Below, piece by piece: positions 60,870 through 64,000 of a DNA stretch of 64,000 nt. The stretch is taken from the NCBI RefSeq assembly GCF_009914755.1, contig NC_060936.1. One strand, 5' to 3'. Position 1 is the first letter of the stretch, and each line of letters opens with the position of its first letter. Position numbers and translations under genes: made by a program. The stretch is from the human T2T-CHM13v2.0 reference genome, Homo sapiens. The notes under the pieces are model-generated. The model was not told the DNA's origin. It was given only the letters and a program-made list of their open reading frames with translations, and did no database searches.

Positions 60870-62589
60870 AACTGTTGCCATATTCAAATTAAACAAAGAA
60901 TGAAAATAGAACATGCAGAGTTTTGTTCCGGATTGCATTATTTTTGCCAACATGTTAATTATGGGAACGGGATTTTTGTGGATTATTATAGAATCTTATC
61001 CTCAAGTATTCATTAAAAGTTGGATGAATTTTTCAATGTGTGCTATGCCTTAGTAATTAACATTAATATAGCAATTTATAATATAAATAAATTATTCATT
61101 GCCTATTATGGAGATATAGTGCTTGACTCAGGAGTACACATGAAATGTATTCCTAAAAGGATCTGTGTGGAGTTGAAAAGGCTTCCATTACTGTTTTTGA
61201 CTCATAGGAGAGTGCTTTTTCTTTTATCGTTTTCCTGCAGCTATACAACTCCTGTTTCTCTGAATACTATTTTCATTTGTTCTTTCCAGGCTAGTACAGT
61301 ATTCATGCATTCTTTTTTCCTTTCTCTGGTATAAACTTTTTTTTTAAAAAAATAATGCTATTTAGCACTTCTTTGCATGTTTTTAGTGTTTACTAATTAT
61401 CTCAGTTTTATTAAGCCATTTTATTGACTCCATTTTAATTTTCCTGAAGACAGTATTATATTTTTGGGGAAAAGATCCTCACCTGTCCCCAACATACTCG
61501 TGAATATGCACACACACCACACTCACACATGCACATGCACACACACAATCTCACTCTATACTTTTTGAAAATTCTGAGCATTTAATAGAATTGGCTTTGA
61601 CATTTGTGGATTGATTATTTTAGTGATTTATTTCCTTGAAAATATAAAGGAAATTGATTAGCCCGGAGAACTTCAGGATCCCTAGTTGTAAATAGAGAAA
61701 TATTTACACAGGCTTCTGGCTTTTTTTCAAGTTGAAGTTTGATGGAACATCAGATGTTTCTGGTATATGACCTTATATTAGAAATTAGGAACTTGTAAAA
61801 GTTTCACTGAAGTTGAACCTACTTCTTAACAATTGATGTTATTCCTTAATGAAACACATATTTTTTTCCATGTCTTTCCTTTGTTTGCTTCAAAACTACA
61901 CTTTCAGACTTCAAGAGTTTCCCCTTAAGTTTAATGCTATAGGACTTGAAGAGTTGTATATTGAATCTTTTCCTAACTTTTCTCAAATTAAGACTTGGAT
62001 AATATTACATTTTACTTTCAATACTACTGTACTGTAGCCGCTAAAGGATTTCCAATCAGAAGCAATATATCTGGGGCAACTAGAGGGTGTTATTTTTATA
62101 AGAATAAGATGACAAAAATATTGGGATGGAGATACAAAAGATTCACAAAATTTGACTGCTAAAAGTTACACCAGGTTTGTAGCATAAATGTATTTTTAAA
62201 AGGGAGACTCGCTAATGTTTCTAGTAGTGTTTCTAATGCTTCTCAACACTGTGAAGTAAAAAATGATCATCGGACTGCAGGTTCTAGAAAAAAAGAATTA
62301 TCTGGAAATTTCTCTTCAAGGGCATACTTCGTAAAAAAATGTAACATCTAAATTCAAGTAGATACATAATGTGATCAGTTATTTGTCAGCTATTTATCGA
62401 GTACTCTCTGGAGCCAAAGCTTTCTGGACTTAGGTTGAAGACAGAAAAATATATAAAAGATTGTGTGTCTGCTTCCATGCATCTCATAGTCTGGTTTTGT
62501 AGCAGAAAGATTATAATTGCTTACCTAGCTAGGTTCCGTAAGTACATAAAAAGTGGGAGAGGGAGTTTGAATAAATCAAGAATTGAATA

Positions 62590-63600
62590 CTATTCTCGAA
62601 TGGGGAAACTCAATTTTGTAAAAATTCTCTTTTTCTCAAATTTATTTATAGATTTTAATTTAATAGCAATAAACATTCTGAAAAGAATTTTATCAAAAAC
62701 TTGACAAAATGATTCTAAAACAGTGAAATATAGCCAAGAAAGTCTTAATGAATAATAAAGTTTAAGACTTGTTTGTTCTACTAGATACTCAAATATTAGA
62801 TGAAGTGATTAGAGTGATATTGTACCCATGAGAAAAGAAAACCAGACCAATAGGACAAAGTGGAGACCCTGGAAATAATAACAAATTATTTAAGGTTGTT
62901 GTAGATAATAAATGTAAAATTAAATATTGGTCAGGGAAGGAAATTTGTATAATAGTTGATCTAGACAATTGAGTAAATCTTTGGGAAAGAATAACATCAG
63001 ATACTTGTCTCATACCACATAGCAAAGTATATTTCATGTGGAATACATAGTTCATTTTAATAATGAAACTATATAATTAGAAAATGATACATATCTCCAT
63101 GATATAGAAAATGTTTTGTGTATAAAAGATACTTTAATAATATTTTGTATAAAAGATAGTCCAAGAATTCTCCTTCTATACATTTATTTTGAGGTTATAA
63201 TAAGAGTTGTGTTTTAAAAAGATAATTAAAAAATACAATGATAATTGCAGAAGTGCAGTACTTACATAAAATGTTGGGAGGGGAATTTGAATAGACAACA
63301 AACTGAATACTGATTTCGAATGAGAAAACTGAATTTTGGGAAAATTGGCATAGTTTTATTTAAAATAACAAAACGCTGGAAGGAACCTAGATGCTTAAAA
63401 CTAGCAAAATATTTTACTATATAATTGATTTTTTTCAATATGTAATTCAAATTCTTGGAGAAAACATAAAAATTTGCCAGTGGCTATCTATGGGTGATAT
63501 AATTCTTTCAGTCTTATAAAATTATGATCTTTCAGACTTTCTTCAATGAACAGGTATAATGTTTATAATTAGAAAACAGAGTTATAACTATTAAATGGAA
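62590..63600 (+). mobile_element. Decayed L1M(E) 3' fragments
   Basis: aaacttgacaaaatgattctaaaa, agaccaataggacaaagtggagaccctggaaata and ctcataccacatagcaaa. Confidence 0.55.
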
Positions 63601-64000
63601 TAACCAAGACTTGATCTAGATGCGGCCAATCTTGAATAGATCAACTAAAAATTAAGAATGAGGCAGGATATTTTAAACTAGGATATTTTTACCTCTTTAT
63701 GAAATGAATGTATATAAATATCTGAGCACTGGTGAACCTACAAATGATTATCCATTTTGGAGATTATGGAGTTATTTATTCTTAGCCCTTCATGTTGTAA
63801 ATGATAAAACTGAGGACCTTTAAAATCACTCATTTTTCTAAAACATACAGCTATTAATGGCAAAATAAGAATTCAAAACCAATCCATCTAAAATACTATT
63901 TTGGTATGTATGTTTAATTTCCGTGTGTGTGTGTGTAGTTTTCAAAATTTCTCTCGTTATTGATTTCTAGTTTTATTCCATTGTGATCAGAGAATATACT

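Overview
This is primate, almost certainly human, AT-rich intronic DNA on the sense strand of TMTC2, an ER protein O-mannosyltransferase with C-terminal TPR repeats. Four internal coding exons (15939-16053, 50470-50555, 51006-51190, 52365-52443) splice in frame through GT-AG sites into 465 nt of TPR-repeat sequence. From recall these are probably exons 4-7, but the numbering was not checked. The rest is intron filled with interspersed repeats: about 23 Alu/FLAM copies including a human-specific AluYb8 and an AluYd-type, a near-complete Tigger1, a ~4.7 kb L1PB, an L1PA 3' end, MaLR and ERV LTRs, MER20, L2/MIR relics, a 33-nt U2 snRNA retro-fragment and microsatellites. Almost all ORFs in the supplied track are repeat-derived or chance. 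I see no convincing new multi-gene system. The most unusual structures are: (1) an inverted, near-perfect 36/39-bp non-Alu duplication plus adjoining Alu arm that brackets the 115-nt exon across 15 kb; (2) a ~295-bp nested palindrome complex at 26.3-26.6 kb; (3) an AluYb8 with essentially no poly(A) tail; (4) a poly(A)-only insertion scar with a 16-bp TSD. Repeat subfamily calls and boundaries are by eye and approximate.
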